Positions 13,473 through 27,445 of a stretch of DNA of 64,000 nt are shown here, one piece after another. Position 1 is the first letter of the stretch. Every line of letters starts with the position of its first letter. The notes beneath the pieces are model-generated. The model was not told the origin of the DNA. It saw nothing but the letters and a program-made list of their open reading frames with translations, and did not search any database. Origin of the DNA: Tubiluchus corallicola. Its lineage: Eukaryota; Animalia; Priapulida. A program made the translations under genes and the position numbers. The stretch lies in the NCBI GenBank assembly GCA_030141605.1, contig JAQGDQ010000101.1, positions 1 to 64,000 of the forward strand, written 5' to 3'.

Positions 13473-15905
13473 GTACCACCTTCTTTTGTGAGATGATTGG
13501 ATAATTGTAAATTCTTAATTTGAATATTTTGTTTTGTTTCTTTCTGTTGTGCTTTATTTATCTTATTTTATTTTATTCACTTTATCTTTTTATTGGGTAA
13601 TTAAAATTCATTTTATTTTGTAATCTCTTCTATCTCGTTCTTATTACACTACCGCTACCTCCGCTACCGTTACCACCGCTGTCGCTGCCTCCCGACCACC
13701 GACAGCAGCCCACTATATGCAAAGTGTATGGTTTCCCTAGCTTTGAAGAAATTTTATTTATTCTGTTTTTATGGGCCTTCCAGCTAAGTCTCTTTGCATA
13801 AAATGTACGTGCAAGTAACTTAACAATCGTCGAACGACGCGGATAAAATGCTAATCTCTCCTTTAAGTGGTATTAATTTGCAAAGCCGGTGTTACACCAC
13901 AGCCGCGTTTAACCCTTTCCACACGCAATGATTCTGTGAAATCACAATTTCAAACCAAGTACGACTTTTTTACCCTTTGTTGAAGGTCACAGTGTTGAGC
14001 TAATTATTATAAGGAGCGTCATCGACGTACGCATAGCTTCGTAAACGTTTGAAAGATAATGATTCGCAAAACCAAAACCATTGCAGATTCCAGGCCCGGC
14101 TCTAAGTAGTTGGACGATTATTGTAGTGCCCCCTCCTCTACGGTCAACCTCTTGCCTCATGCACCCCACTCACAAAACTGGAATACTGTAGTATCAAAAT
14201 AAGTATAACGGTAGTTGTGTTTCAAGTTTATGTATTATAGAGCACTAATTAACTGTAGTTAATTACCTATATATAGTTTGTGTTGATTTCATTTGAAATT
14301 CAATTTATAGTTTCTCTGTACGTCGTGGGTCTTCAGGAGCAATCAAAACTTCTATAACTTCTGCTGCACACTCTTCACGTACATAGTCTTCGCTAGAATT
14401 TTACTCACTCTTTTCGTCAGAAAATTGTTGAAACACTGACTCCTCTTTTTCACATACATCAGTTCCACTCGTTTCATCATCTGATCTGGTTACAAATACC
14501 GCATTAGAGAATCTTTTTGCTGCTCAGTGTCCGCCAGCCTTTTTACCTTTCGTTTCCCATATTACGATTCTTAAGGCTTTAGTTCTTATAGGTTTATTTT
14601 GATACGAAGTACGAGTTCGTTTAAGTTAATTAAAGTGTTGCACGCTTGAGCAATTATGCATACCGTATGTTATTACTTATGTTAAACTTAAAATTTAAAG
14701 GATTTCTTGTAGAATTTGGCACCCTAGGTAACTGCCTAGTTTTCCTAGTGACAGAGTCCTAGCATGCTCTGCAGTCATTTTGTTCTTGTGAGGGTTTGCA
14801 GAATAAGTAAACAGCTTGAACGACTCAAAAGGTCCCATAACGTAAACCATAAAACTATTGGCCAAGCTACCATATACATTCCCAGAATCAGGCGGACTCA
14901 TTTTTGAACAGTCTACGCATTGACCGCATTGACAAAGAGGATATAGTAGTAAAACAACATAAACTTTTATAAAAGCCGAGAAATATCTATTATTCTTATT
15001 TACGTGATCACTGATTTGTTTTCATAAATTGCAGACAAAGTTTGTGAACTTAAAACTAAAAATTATCTGCATTATAATATTCACAGACAGGTTTGCCCCA
15101 AGTATAACGTAAGTTGAAGAGAAGGCAATGAAGTGTGTAACAGAGACATCATCTAGTTGTGGCAGGGCCGGAAATATATTTTACCAAAAATAATGCGTTA
15201 GCATGAGATAGCGAACCAATAGAGATATATATACACCTTACTGCAGCGAATGATATAGCCGGAAACAGCAGCTGGTAGACGAAGCAGAAAATACCCTAAA
15301 GCAGTCATTCCAGCTATCGCCAATCCATTTATTAACCAAATCTATTAACTTCTTAGGTAAGCACATATCCTCAAAATTCAGTTAATCGTTGTCTATTTAA
15401 GCTTCACTAATTTAATAAAAAAAACGCCCGTGGCCTCTATTTTTCCTAAAACTCAAAAGCGGAAGTCTATAAGAGAATAAACGCATAAATCTTTATACAA
15501 TAGTTCTTTTTCGACTTCCAGCATCGACTGTAGAGAGCATAGAGGTTACGGCCGTCAGTTTTTCCACTGGCGAAAGATAGATACACATTTGATTTTGTTT
15601 ATTTACAATTCAGTGACAAATGTCGTTAAACGCTCAATAGTGATATCGCAGCTCACAGAAGTCCAAACTCAATACTCGAATCACGCTATCTCAAGAAGCA
15701 AAAACGACAATCGTACAGCAAATTTTGCAGATTGGTTTTACCGATATGCAAACACTAGAATATTTAGATCAAACAGAGGGACATGTGTTGAAAACGTCTC
15801 ACCAAGATCTAGCAAAATACAACAATACCTTACAGAAAACGTGTGACATGCAATCGGCATTATTATTATTATTATTACTTGACAAATTGCCAAACGTACT
15901 GCATT

Positions 15906-16102
15906 ACTATAAGTTTTGCAATGTGTGACTATAAGTTTTGCAATGTAAAACTATAAATTTTGCAATGTGTGACTATAAGTTTTGCAATGTATAACTATAA
16001 GTTTTGCAATGTGTGACTACAAGTTTTGCAATGTGTGACTATAAGTTTTGCAATGCGTAACTATAAGTTTTGCGATGTGTGACTATACGTTTTGCAATGT
16101 GT
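15906..16102. repeat. 22-bp minisatellite (ACTATAAGTTTTGCAATGTGTG), about 9 copies
   Basis: Direct tandem copies with alternating end variants and no spacers. Confidence 0.95.
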
Positions 16103-19100
16103 GGTGTAAGATGTTTGGGTATACGACGCATTGGTAGCAACAATATTTTGTGCTTATATTGCTTTAGTCCAGCACCTACCTTGACATGACGTAGCCCAAA
16201 AACCTAGGCATTGATGATTAAAGTTGATTAAGATTAATAAATTTCAGTGTTTGTGGCTGAACCGCAGAACACTACATTGAGTAAAATAGGCAAGCAAACG
16301 CTCATTGTAAAGTAAGAAAGCATTCTGAATTCCAATGTCTGTGACAGAAGTCATAAGTAAAATAAGCATATGAACAGGTACTGAAAAATAAGAAAGCCGG
16401 ATAAATTCCGGTGTTAGTAACTGAACTAAAGAACAGTACAGAAAGTAATAGAAGCGTGTGTGTAAAAAATGACCTAAATTCCAATATTTGTCATAGAACC
16501 AAAGAATACTGCAGTGAATAAAATAGAATTTAGAATTTTATTGGCTTAGCCAAAAAAACATAACAAATACATATAATTTTAGTATAGATACAGTTAGTGT
16601 ATCATGAAAGAATAATAAATAATAGTATCAATATTCACGTGCTAGTACTGTTTATTCCTTTTTTAAAAACACTTAGAAATGTATGGGCGACTATTTTGGT
16701 TATGTCGCAGTGATTACGCACAATTGCGAATTTTAGCTTTTCGTATTCATTCAAGTTAATGAAATTGCTATTGATGTCTGTTATATCAGAATAAAACGTT
16801 TGTCTTAGTGGTTTTACAAGGAGCAATAAAACAAAAAATGGATTTCATCTTCTACCTGTTGGCTGTCACAATGCTGACAGATTCTCATATTCATAGGGAC
16901 ATTCTCATATACCTTACATATGGAATTCAATTGTATTGCTCCAGCTGTAAAAATGCCAAACCACTGTCCATATTCAAAAAAGCATAGAAATTACACTTGC
17001 TTGTTACTTGATACATCTAACTGATCACATGCTTTGTTTTTGTTTTTCATTTTCAACAACTTCCCCTCAATGATAATAATATATTTACTAGTTCCCATCT
17101 ATATATATATATCTATATATCTGCAGTGCACACCTCCATATAATCTAATCAAGTGTTACCTCCTCCACAATAGCTTAGCGAATGTGCTAAAACATTTATC
17201 ATATCAATGTACCGTACATCAGTTTACGTGGTAATTATGAAATACTGCTAACACCCACTGTAGCTCAAACTAACTATCAGCAATATGTTATTAATTTTAT
17301 TCCTCACTACTACTTCTAGTGGCCTAGCATATTCTCTAGCGCAGAATTCAACAATTGCATCTTAATTTTGTTGTATTAACAAAAATTTGTTTTATAAATG
17401 TACTTGTGATGCTTAAGTATTTGTTTATTATGCGGAATAAATCAATTGAATTGAATTGAAGTTAACAGTAAAGTCAAAGCTGATAAATTTGATATTAAGC
17501 TTGTCCATTGCATATAATTGTTGTACAACTGTAGAAAATGTTGTTTTCGTCTACTTATTTGCAAATGAGGAGTTGAGTAGCTTACTGTATTGGTACCCCC
17601 ACCCACCATTAAGCTTCGTTCGGGCTTCGTTGTTGTTAAAATTTCTACCAATTGTACAAATAAGCCTTTTCACAGTTTCGTTGTGCGCACGTGTAGTTCC
17701 TGTAGGTCAAAGGTTAGGTGTACCTAACCGTCACGTGGCATGTGTGTAAAGCAAAGTCGTCTGCCGCATCAGTTCAGTAACTTCAGTGGTTTTGTTTGTC
17801 TGGTACACTTAACCCTTGACCTTTTCACGATCATCCTCAGTCACTGAAACTGTGAAAAGCTTATTGAACAAAGCTGGAATTTTTACTGTACGTGCAAATA
17901 AACACGTAGCTAATTACATAATTATGTTATTTTTTTGCTTAAAATACATTTACATTATTCACGTCCTCCTTTTTATAATCTAACAAAAGACTCTATACTG
18001 GATCAAAGAACTTTGACATCTGATACAAAATTTCGCCATTTTAACAAGCTCCAGGAGTGTCTATTTTGTCTATTTCTTTTTTAACCTCGGTATCGCGTGA
18101 TTTTGCAAGGAAATAATATTCGCGTAATTAATTTCTTATAGACAAAAAGTATCTTTGATGCTTTTCTTGAACGAAGTGAGGTTGTCGACTTCAGGAAAAC
18201 AATTTCCTTGGGAGATTTCAATAGATAGGAAACCCGATAAAAAAACTGGATGTATGAACAGCCATTCTATATCTAGGACTGTCCGGGGTGGGCCCACGAT
18301 AAACAGCACAAAAATACTGTAAGTACTGCGAACAACTGTCGGCGTTGAGGATACTGATACAGCCGTAATAAAAGTAATATTAATTTTTAAATTTTAAGAT
18401 TATGTATAAAATAATATTTTTTGTGATATATATATATAATAAGGCACTCCCGGGGGCTCGATACTCGCTTTTGGAAGTATCATTCATAAACTTTGACTGT
18501 ATATCTCGTAGATGGAGCATGTGTGTATATACGAAATCTGGCTGGCATACCACTGCCAATCCAGTGGCTCATCTTAGAGGTTGTCATGAGGCTCCGGTCA
18601 GACCACAATCGTCTCCATGAGTGAGCCCTGTCTTTTAATGCACTGAGTGAGTGCAAAGTTCCAATGTATATAAAAAAAATCCTGTAAATAAAGTTCGCTA
18701 TTGCGACCTGAGCTTCTACGAAGCCATGTATAGGACACCCGCCACATATCATTTTAATTACAAAGGTGAGTGGCTTCTTTTAATGAAACAGTGTTTACTT
18801 ACAACTTAATATTTTTCATAATGAGTAATAAATGTAACCAAAGTTTACTTTCTGCGCAATTTATGGCAAAAACACAAATGAAACGCAATTTCTGACGGTG
18901 TAATGACGCTCACTGGCATGGTCTAACTTACCATGGCGCTTTTAGTTATTGCAAGTTATTATACCCAAAGGCACATGTACATGTATGCACACATGCAATA
19001 AGAGTATGACTCGAGATGGTCACTCTAGATACTAGCAAGGTGCTCTTCATCAAAAGATCATCAATAAATAAATCTGCCTGATAGATGGACGGAAATGGTG

Positions 19101-19147
19101 TGAAACAGTCATCGTGGTTCGTTTGGCTTGATAATATCACTTAAAGA

Positions 19148-19516
19148 CAGGGCTGGATTATCTTATAGATTAGCATAGGCTACAGTCTAGGGCCCGTTAA
19201 GCATTGGTAACATTTGTTGAAAAAAATCTGTTTTTCGCGACGATTGTGTTAAAATGTGTGCTGATTTGGTTTGCAGTAAATGGTAAAATAGTGGTATTAT
19301 TAAAGAATATTTTTATTGATTAATTAAACACAGCTAGCTATACTAGTTTATTTAAAGAATTTACAATAAGTTTACTTCAACGTATGCAGATGTTGCTAAA
19401 ATATATCGCGAGTAAAAAATATTCAAGACTTGTGTGGGCGAGTTAGGAGGTGGCTTCGTCTGAGGGGCCCCATAATTTTATTAGCGTAGCGACCCAAAAA
19501 ATCATAATCTGGTCTG
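19148..19516. mobile_element. hAT-type MITE family B, copy 1
   Basis: CAGGGCTGGATTA...TAATCTGGTCTG; degenerate 8-bp flanks CTTAAAGA/CTTATAGG; aligns with 25046-25433 and 47387-47756. Confidence 0.85.
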
Positions 19517-20649
19517 CTTATAGGCTGAGTCTGAGTGGTCTAAAGTCGTGATGTTTTACACCGAGACTGAAGGCTGAACCCAGCAGTCACTCTAAGAAGT
19601 TTTTGTTCAATATTACATTCACACATTAACAATTATTGAACATTGCACTGCAATTAGCAAAAGAGTAAAACATGTTTGAACTTACAGTGTTTCAACTACA
19701 GGGTTTTGTACAGCTGCTGCTAAGCTGGTTCAGCACATCAGACACCATTTTGACCAATGGCACGCCTGCACTATTGTTATACTCTCCACGCACGCTTAAC
19801 CAACAGAATTTCATTACTGCAGCGGAGAAGTAGACCAATAGGAAGCGCATTTTAGTACAATAACCATACAAAAATGTCTTAGCCGTGCAGTTAGAAATCT
19901 TGCACAATTGTGTCACTTTTATACGGTAAATTATGTCTTGCATTTTAGTTAATTAGAAGTGTAAAACTTTTCGTACTAGTGGACAACATTACTTATAAGG
20001 CTAACTACACATAACTTATATGTGTTCTGATTCTGACAACAAACCAAACCTCTCGTTTGCTTACACTTCAATCTGCAAACTACAATTCTAATTCTACCTT
20101 ATTTGATTCATTACAACTTTGCAGGCCTACACGAGATAAGTGACGAAGATTTTCTTCCTAGGCCTGAACTTTAATTAATTTGAAATAACGTTAATTATTA
20201 GCAGAAATCCCATGTAATCTAGGCCTCACTTGACAATTTGACACTTATGATGATTAATTCAATTTCGTCCCTGTGGGGTAAAAATCAAGCTGCGGTAATG
20301 AAACTCGCTGACGTACAGTCAACTAGTTGACAGCGTGCTGATTACAATTATTTCAATTTCTCCTGCAGAGATGTGTTTAACTTACTGCTGAGAATCGTTG
20401 ATTGTTAATGATGTCAAATGTTTTTGTCATGTCAAATGGGTGAAGGTGATTTCAAGATAACTGTTTCTTCTCTCTCGCTCGTTTATTTGCTTAGGGCCGA
20501 GAAAAAGCTTTAACGATATTCAAGTTCATGAGAAGTGCACTTCTGCGTTTCTTTGGCGATTGTGCCGTTTCCGCAGACACCGCAAGGCATATCTCTATTA
20601 TAGATTGCACAACAATTTTGTGCAATTGTCCTGCATGGTTTATCCATGG

Positions 20650-21080
20650 CGTGTTTGTTTGTTTGCTATAGTTTTGTTGGTTGGTTTTTTGGTTGATTGG
20701 TTGATTGATCAGCTAAATGGTTTGTTTGTTTGTTTGCTAGTTTGTTTGTAAGCTTATTTGTTGGTTGATTGGTTTGGTTTGGTTTGATTTGGTTTGGTTT
20801 GCTTTGGTTTGCTTTGATGTGGCTTGGTTTAATTTGTTTTCGTTACATTGGTTTGCCTTGTTCTCGTTTGATGTGATTTGATTTGGTTTGGTTTGGTCTG
20901 GTTTGATGTGATTTGGTTTAGTTTGGTTTGGTTTGGTCTGGTTTGATGTGGTTTGGTTTAGTTTGGTTTGGTTTGGTCTGGTTTGATGTGGTTTGGTTTA
21001 GTTTGGTTTGGTTTGGTCAGTTTGCTTTGGTCTGGTCTGATGTGGTTTGATTTGATTTGATTTGGTTTGGTTTGGTTTGG
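20650..21080. repeat. Degenerate (GTTT)n/(GGTTT)n simple repeat with a 40-bp higher-order unit
   Basis: Read directly; unit TTTGGTTTGGTTTGGTCTGGTTTGATGTGRTTTGGTTTAG occurs about 3 times. Confidence 0.92.
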
Positions 21081-23944
21081 CCGAAGTCTACCAATGTTAA
21101 GGCTCATAAAAGTTGTACGTAGCTTACTCGCGAAAGGTATTTGTGGTTTATATTTTTTCACAAAGAAGTCCTTCATTAAAGGGAAACAAAACCCAATTTT
21201 AAACTTGATCTCAAAATAATCTAATGAAAAAATGCTGAAAGATAACATAACTGTATTTAAGATTGACTTGAGTGAAAGAATTATGGTCTCAGGAGCTTAA
21301 TTCCGAGTTCGCACCCTGTTACATGCATGTCGCCATTTGCTGGTTAAATGGACAGCGTCTAGTTTTTTGGAAACGAATTGTACAAAGAATCGGATGATGA
21401 ACCTCTTAGTTCAGTTCTGATGTACCATTCTCACATACCTAAAAAGGAGCATTTAGCAAAACACTCATGACGTAAGGTTCGTTTAGTAATACAGCCGATT
21501 GTTAATCCTATGTCTAGCTAGAAAATGTTTCATAATATTCTGCAAATTTAGGCCACTGTTCATCATTGACTGCCACAGTGTTACGCCACTCTCACTGACC
21601 ATATAGCTTATACCTATTATTCTCTCATAGAATTCTTCAAAACAATTCGTGATTTAATAGCACAACGCTTAACTTGCATATATTACGCATATAACACGAC
21701 CGCCCGCCTGAGATCACGACGTTATTCAATGTGGAGACTGGGCGGCAAAACTTTGTTTAGAATATTCGCAGAATTTGCGCAGTTCTTTAAAATAATGATC
21801 TAAATTATTTAGTCATCAAATTCATTACTAGAAAGATAAAGCCTGACTGCTACACAACTATAGTAAATTCTACAAATACAGATACGGTACTCGAGCTTCT
21901 ACAATCTGAGTAGAAAATGATGTTAATCATTTTAAAGTTACTTTGCGTAAATGTACATATAATATTAAATGCTGTATTTTAAACTCTTGTAATCGTATCT
22001 TTAAAACATGTAATTTAGAATAGTGATATTTTATATGCTCCAAAATCTTTACCTATTGGAATGTATTTTTAATGTACTTTTAATGTACGCCACTTATGTA
22101 AATACTTTAACTACTTTCTCTTTTTTCTGTAAGTTGTAAGTTTATGTTTTTGTAATCAATCTTTTAATAATTATGTGTATTTTTATGGCTTAAGACTATG
22201 TTTACGAGCTGAAATAAAGAATAAAATAAAATAAAGAACCATTTTCTTTACCATATTTCTAATGTAAAAGCGCTTTTACGCTTGTTTTTTTTTTGTTAGA
22301 AATTAGCGCAGAATTACCATAAAGCCTAAGCGGTATTTGCTCGATTCTTTTTAAAACTACTTACCATATTTTCTTGAAAATCTGAGCCATCACTACAATC
22401 TTCTTTGTTTTATTTAAAACCTTAATCACGGCATCGGCATTTAAGGCATTCGCGCGGACTTGTGTTCCAAGATTTTACTTCTTCGTATCCCCTTTTTATG
22501 GTAAAAATGCGATCTATTGAAGGATGACAAAATAAGTGCTGTCCTACTCAAGCTGCACTTCTCTTGAAAGGCATAAAGGTTTAACTGTAATAAGTTCACT
22601 TCTTGCCAGTATCCTTGACAACACGCTTAATTATCCGTTCAATTATGCGATTAATTGAGTTGACGGAAGCGAGCTTATAGAGTACTCACACATTGGCAAG
22701 CGAATTGCATAAGACTGCAGCTGATCAGTGTCGCTATACCTTGCAGTGCGCACCGTGGCTTCACGCAGTGGTTTCATTAAAAACCTTCATCAATGCAAGC
22801 TATTGGAGACATACGGTATAGGCCTACTGCAAAATGGCTAAGCTGGCTTTCATGTTTTGGCTGTTGTCCCGCAAGATTGACAAAGTGAAGAAAACTAACA
22901 GAGGTCATATCAGAAACTCGTCAGTAGTCCCAAAACATTAACTGTTGGAAAACTTACAAAAAACAAAACCAATAAAAAAGAAAGTGGAATGAAAGGAACA
23001 AAGCAAGGATGGAAGACATGAAAAAACAGACAGTTATAAGTATATCTCCTAACAGCTGGCAACCAGTTTAGCAGTTCCCATATTAAATCGCTCAGAGGGA
23101 GGGGAGAGGAGAGGAAAGGACAGGGCAGGAGAGAAGAGTAGGGTAGAGAAGAGCAGAGGTGAGGCGAAGTAATCAAGAGCAAACAATATCCTCTTTCAGT
23201 CTGCTAGCATCTCAGTTTGTACCTTCTCAGACTATGAAAATTGGCTCTTGTCAAATTTTTAGATGAACTATTGCATTCATTTACACTGCCTGATCGCAGC
23301 ATTCTTCTGAAAATGACAAGAGTTGTCTCAAAATCAAAACTCCACCTATTCACGAAAGTTTTTTTTACAATCTTTATAAATTTCCAAAAAAGCTGTTGTG
23401 CTAAAACTTATGCTTTCTTACTGGGACCATTAAGATCCAGGGCCTAAAGTATATACTAGTTGAGTCAGCGAACGTTTTACGCAATTACTCGACACCTTAA
23501 AAGCTTAAACTCGTTTTCTTCGCACAAAAATGTTGATTAGTTGTAAGGAAAAGTATGGTAGTTACCCATATTGTTACAAAAGTTAGGCAATATGGTAGTC
23601 ACAATTAATTTAAAGGTCCAAAGCTCCCTGGGGAGACGAAGACAAGTACTCAATGAAACTGGGTAAGTGACACTATTATGGACTAAAGAGCTTACATTGT
23701 TAAGCTGATTGTGAGATGTTGTGTAAAAGCTTCCTGTGACCATCCCATAAATGTTGGTCGGGTTCAAATTCCAATCAATCGATCAATTTCTTTAACCCAT
23801 TCATTATGAAACACTTAAAAATGTTAAATCAATCAAATGTAAGAACAACATAAAATCAATCAATATTATAAATGTTCATATTAAAACTCCACAAATTAAA
23901 TACTGAATTAGATACTGAATGGAATGAAGAAATAGAAAGATTTC

Positions 23945-25026
23945 GGGGTAGACCTATTTCCCAGAAAAACTTTTTCCCAGAAGAGTCATTTCCCAGAAAA
24001 TAGAATTTACAGAAAGTGTAATAAATTCTATTTAAAACGCTGTTAGACGAAGCGAAATAAAAGGTAGTTTATTTTAAATACGTGTACTGATTAACAGCGA
24101 CTATATGATAAACAATTTTTGTCAACTCGTTAAGGCAAGAAAGCAGATTTGAAGCGTCAGAACGAATCATGTTGATTTTTGCATATGCGCAATATTGAAT
24201 AATCAATCGCTACCAAAGTGAAACAATATCGAGCCTGGCAATTGATTAGTTGGGTGACTGCTTAGGAATCTCACTTTGGACAGCTCTTTTCACTGCTGTG
24301 CCGAATTATTTCGCTGATGTAGGGATGATGTACATGCATGTGATTATGGCACCTCTGCCTGTTCAATATTTCATCTCAGAGGATTATTTTAATAATGAAC
24401 TAGGATCGGGTCCTGCCATAAACGAATCTGTAAAAAAAATCTTATGAAGGAGCATAATTTATCGGGTAAATTTAGACTCCAAAATAAGGTCACAATGTCT
24501 TCATTTTCTAGATTGTTTATTAAACTTTATTTTCAAATCCCTCGAAAATGAATTAAATTTGAGGTGATTATATGGCAAATGATACAATACAAATTGATTC
24601 TAATTTAACGCTAAAATGAGTTTCAATGCCCTGGAAAAATACCAACGCGAGTTTGGCGCTAAAAGTGCGGCGTCCTTTGTTAAAGCGATGTAAATAATTA
24701 GACGCAGAAAGAGACAGAGGCACAGAGAGAAAAAAGGCGGGGGATAGATGGGGAGGGAGAGAACGAGAGAGGGAGAGAGGAAAACGATTAGAGGGGGTAA
24801 GGAGGGAAGGGGCTAGAAAGGGAGAGGCAAACAAAAAAAACCGAAGGCTTTATCCTACTAAAATAGCCGGTCTTTCAACTAAAAACAAAATCGAGTTTTC
24901 CGTTAAAAATATTTCTGTGAAATGCATTTTCTGCGAAACAAGTTTTCTGGGAAAAAATTTCAGGCCACTTTTTTCTGGGAAATTGTTTTTCTGTGAGAAC
25001 AATTTTCTGGGAAACGGACCTAAACC
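23945..25026. mobile_element. Mutator-like non-autonomous element with subterminal 15-bp tandem repeats
   Basis: GGGGTAGACCTATTTCCCAGAAAA... / ...TTTTCTGGGAAACGGACCTAAACC; repeated TTTCCCAGAA units at both ends in inverted orientation; 9-bp flanks AAAGATTTC/AAAAATTTC. Confidence 0.75.
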
Positions 25027-25045
25027 AAAAATTTCTCCTTGTATG

Positions 25046-25433
25046 CAGGGCCGGATGATCCCATAGGTTAGCATAGGCTGCAGCCTAGGGCTCCTCAAGC
25101 TTCGAAGGCCCTCAAACATTGGTAACATTTGGTAAAACATCTGTTTTTTCACGACGATTGTGTTGAAATACGTGCTAATTTGGTTTGCGGTAAATAGTAT
25201 AATAGTGGTGTTATTAAAGAATATGTTTATTGATAAATTAAACATAGATACCCATACTAGTTTATTTAAGGAATTTGCAATAAGTTTATTTCAAGGTATG
25301 TAAATGTCGCTACAGTATATCACGAGTAAAAATATTCAAGACTGAAGCGGGCGACACAGACGGTGGTTACGTCAGAGGGGGGCCTCATTATTTTATTAGC
25401 CTATGAGCCCCAAAAGGTTATAATCCGGCCTTG
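25046..25433. mobile_element. hAT-type MITE family B, copy 2
   Basis: CAGGGCCGGATGA...TAATCCGGCCTTG; flanks CTTGTATG/CTTATATA. Confidence 0.85.
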
Positions 25434-26074
25434 CTTATATATTTACATCTCTTACCTGGTATATATTTAAAACGTAGCACATAATATATAAACTTGTGTC
25501 AAAATAATAATAATCTTTTAAAACATTCTACACAGGAGAGGAAAGAAGACAATAATATTACACAAATACGATAGTTTAGAGCTTTTCACTTTGATATAAA
25601 ATAATTATTTAATTTGCTTGTACAGTTCTCTATCAATCTTTTTTTCATTCGGGATTTAAAACGGTACAAGCTTTGACATTTTCTTAATGCAACAACCAGT
25701 CTATTCCACAGTTTTACGCCCTAACATGATAAACACTTTTTAGGCTGGTTGGAGCATAAGGTATTTGCCAAATTTCTTTGTCGTATTACTTTCGTAATTA
25801 ACGAAATAAAATAACTTCAGAAAATTTAAAGGCAATTCGCAGTTTTGAGATTTAAACTTTACAATCAATGTCTTAAGAAATAAGTCATTTGTATGATCAT
25901 TGCACCCAGCAGTTATGAATAATCTAAAGGTTTACGTAATGTAGATTGTTTTTTGGAGGAATAGAAACTGCATGAACCAAGCAGGATACCAGGAAAGTTG
26001 ATCACATCACATATTTTATTTTCATATATAACAACACAAATTTGCCAGTGTTGTCTATGAAATCTCTGAAAGCT

Positions 26075-26773
26075 AACCAGGTAAGTTTATTTCTTATTTC
26101 TTAGAATGGCATTAAAGACTAGCGGCATTAAAAAGAATCGGCAAATTTCTACCAAAACAACCAAAAATGCTTCTAGCTTAATTAGAAAAATGCCGCGAAT
26201 TACTGTCTTCACGTTTGCATTTTTGTAGTCAATAATCAACAAGCAAAAAAGTAAATGTTGAGAGAATACAAGAGACTTAAAATCTACGGTACACCAAAGC
26301 ATCCAACGCCCACGTCCAGCATCTGGCGTCCGCGTCCAGCATGTGGAAGCGAGAAAGAATGTATATGTTGTGAAACAATGACGAAACCAAAGATTTTGGA
26401 AACCAGACGCCAAATACGGGACACTTTGGTGTCCATAATATAAGATAGACTTAAGGCTGACTTGTAATGTTACCTCTAGGCGCCTCGCTGCCGGAAATAA
26501 TGGAAATTTCATGCACACCGACATAATATATAACCCATTGTGTTGTGAATTTGTTTTTTTAAATACGTATCGCTCGGTTGCTGTGTAACAGATTCAATAA
26601 AGAGTTTTATTATGGGTTATTTTTAATGATCAATAAAAACTCACTTCTGAAGTTTTTAAAACAGTCAACAAAATGACTTCTTAGTAGGTTTACACTAGCT
26701 TAGCAGAACTTCGCACAAAAAACCATCTAGGTATTTATTAAGAGTTAAAACAGGTTAAATTCCTACCTGGTTT
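26075..26773. mobile_element. Putative non-autonomous DNA element
   Basis: Inverted ends AACCAGGTAAGTT / ATTCCTACCTGGTT; internal CGTCCAGCAT duplication and GGACAC/GTGTCC hairpin. Confidence 0.4.
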
Positions 26774-27139
26774 AAACTACCAGGCATCAAATCCTGTTGA
26801 TACGAAGTTGCTCGTATTTGGAACATCATACCAATGAACTTGTGAAAAAGTGAAAATTACAAGCAGTCTAAAAACTGGAATGCCCGCCGAGTTTGCAAAT
26901 GTTCAGGGTGTAATTTTGTACATAATTTTTTACAATAGTTGTAAATTATTAAAGACGTTGCAAATTTACAATTAATTAAATCTTAACATCAAATTTATTT
27001 GACAGGAAATGCGAGAAAGTTGGAATGAAGCCTTGATTTGGAGCCTTATATAGCAGACGCCTTAACCCTTCAGAAGGTTCCTGGTTCAAGTCCAGACAGC
27101 ATTCCAACTTTTCACATTTCTTAACTTTCACGTTATTAA

Positions 27140-27445
27140 TTGACATTATGATTATAACAATTGATTAATCAACCACAGAAGTTTCGGACTCAAAAATTAA
27201 TCAAAAAATAATGATCTAATTGTATAGAATCAGTCTAGTGTGAACAATCTTACATTGGAAATGCTGAAATTTGGTTCGCCAGGTTATGGTATGAACTTTG
27301 GATTGCCTTGACCATTACAGAGATGCGGTGGCCTAGTGGTCTAAGCCATTTGTAATAAAAAAAAGGTTTCCAGTTCAAATCCAGTCTGCACTCCTACTGT
27401 AGCGCATTCCCGCTTTTCAAATTTGGTATGAAAAATTAATTAATT
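27140..27445 (+). mobile_element. Interspersed repeat with an internal tRNA-like (A/B box) module, copy 1
   Basis: Aligns with 48945-49250; contains GGTGGCCTAGTGGTCTAAG...GTTCAAATCC. Confidence 0.65.

Noticed and set aside
14300-14580. Acidic coding-like stretch on the minus strand (SDDETSGTDVCEKEES...)
   Set aside because: Interrupted by stops, with no recognisable domain or splice signals; likely decayed transposon sequence.
15906-16102. Regular 22-bp repeats resembling a CRISPR array
   Set aside because: No unique spacers, no cas genes, eukaryotic context; it is a minisatellite.
27322-27392. Functional tRNA genes here, at 49136-49205 and at 53160-53190
   Set aside because: Only degenerate A/B boxes; I could not form complete cloverleaves. 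They are repeat-derived.
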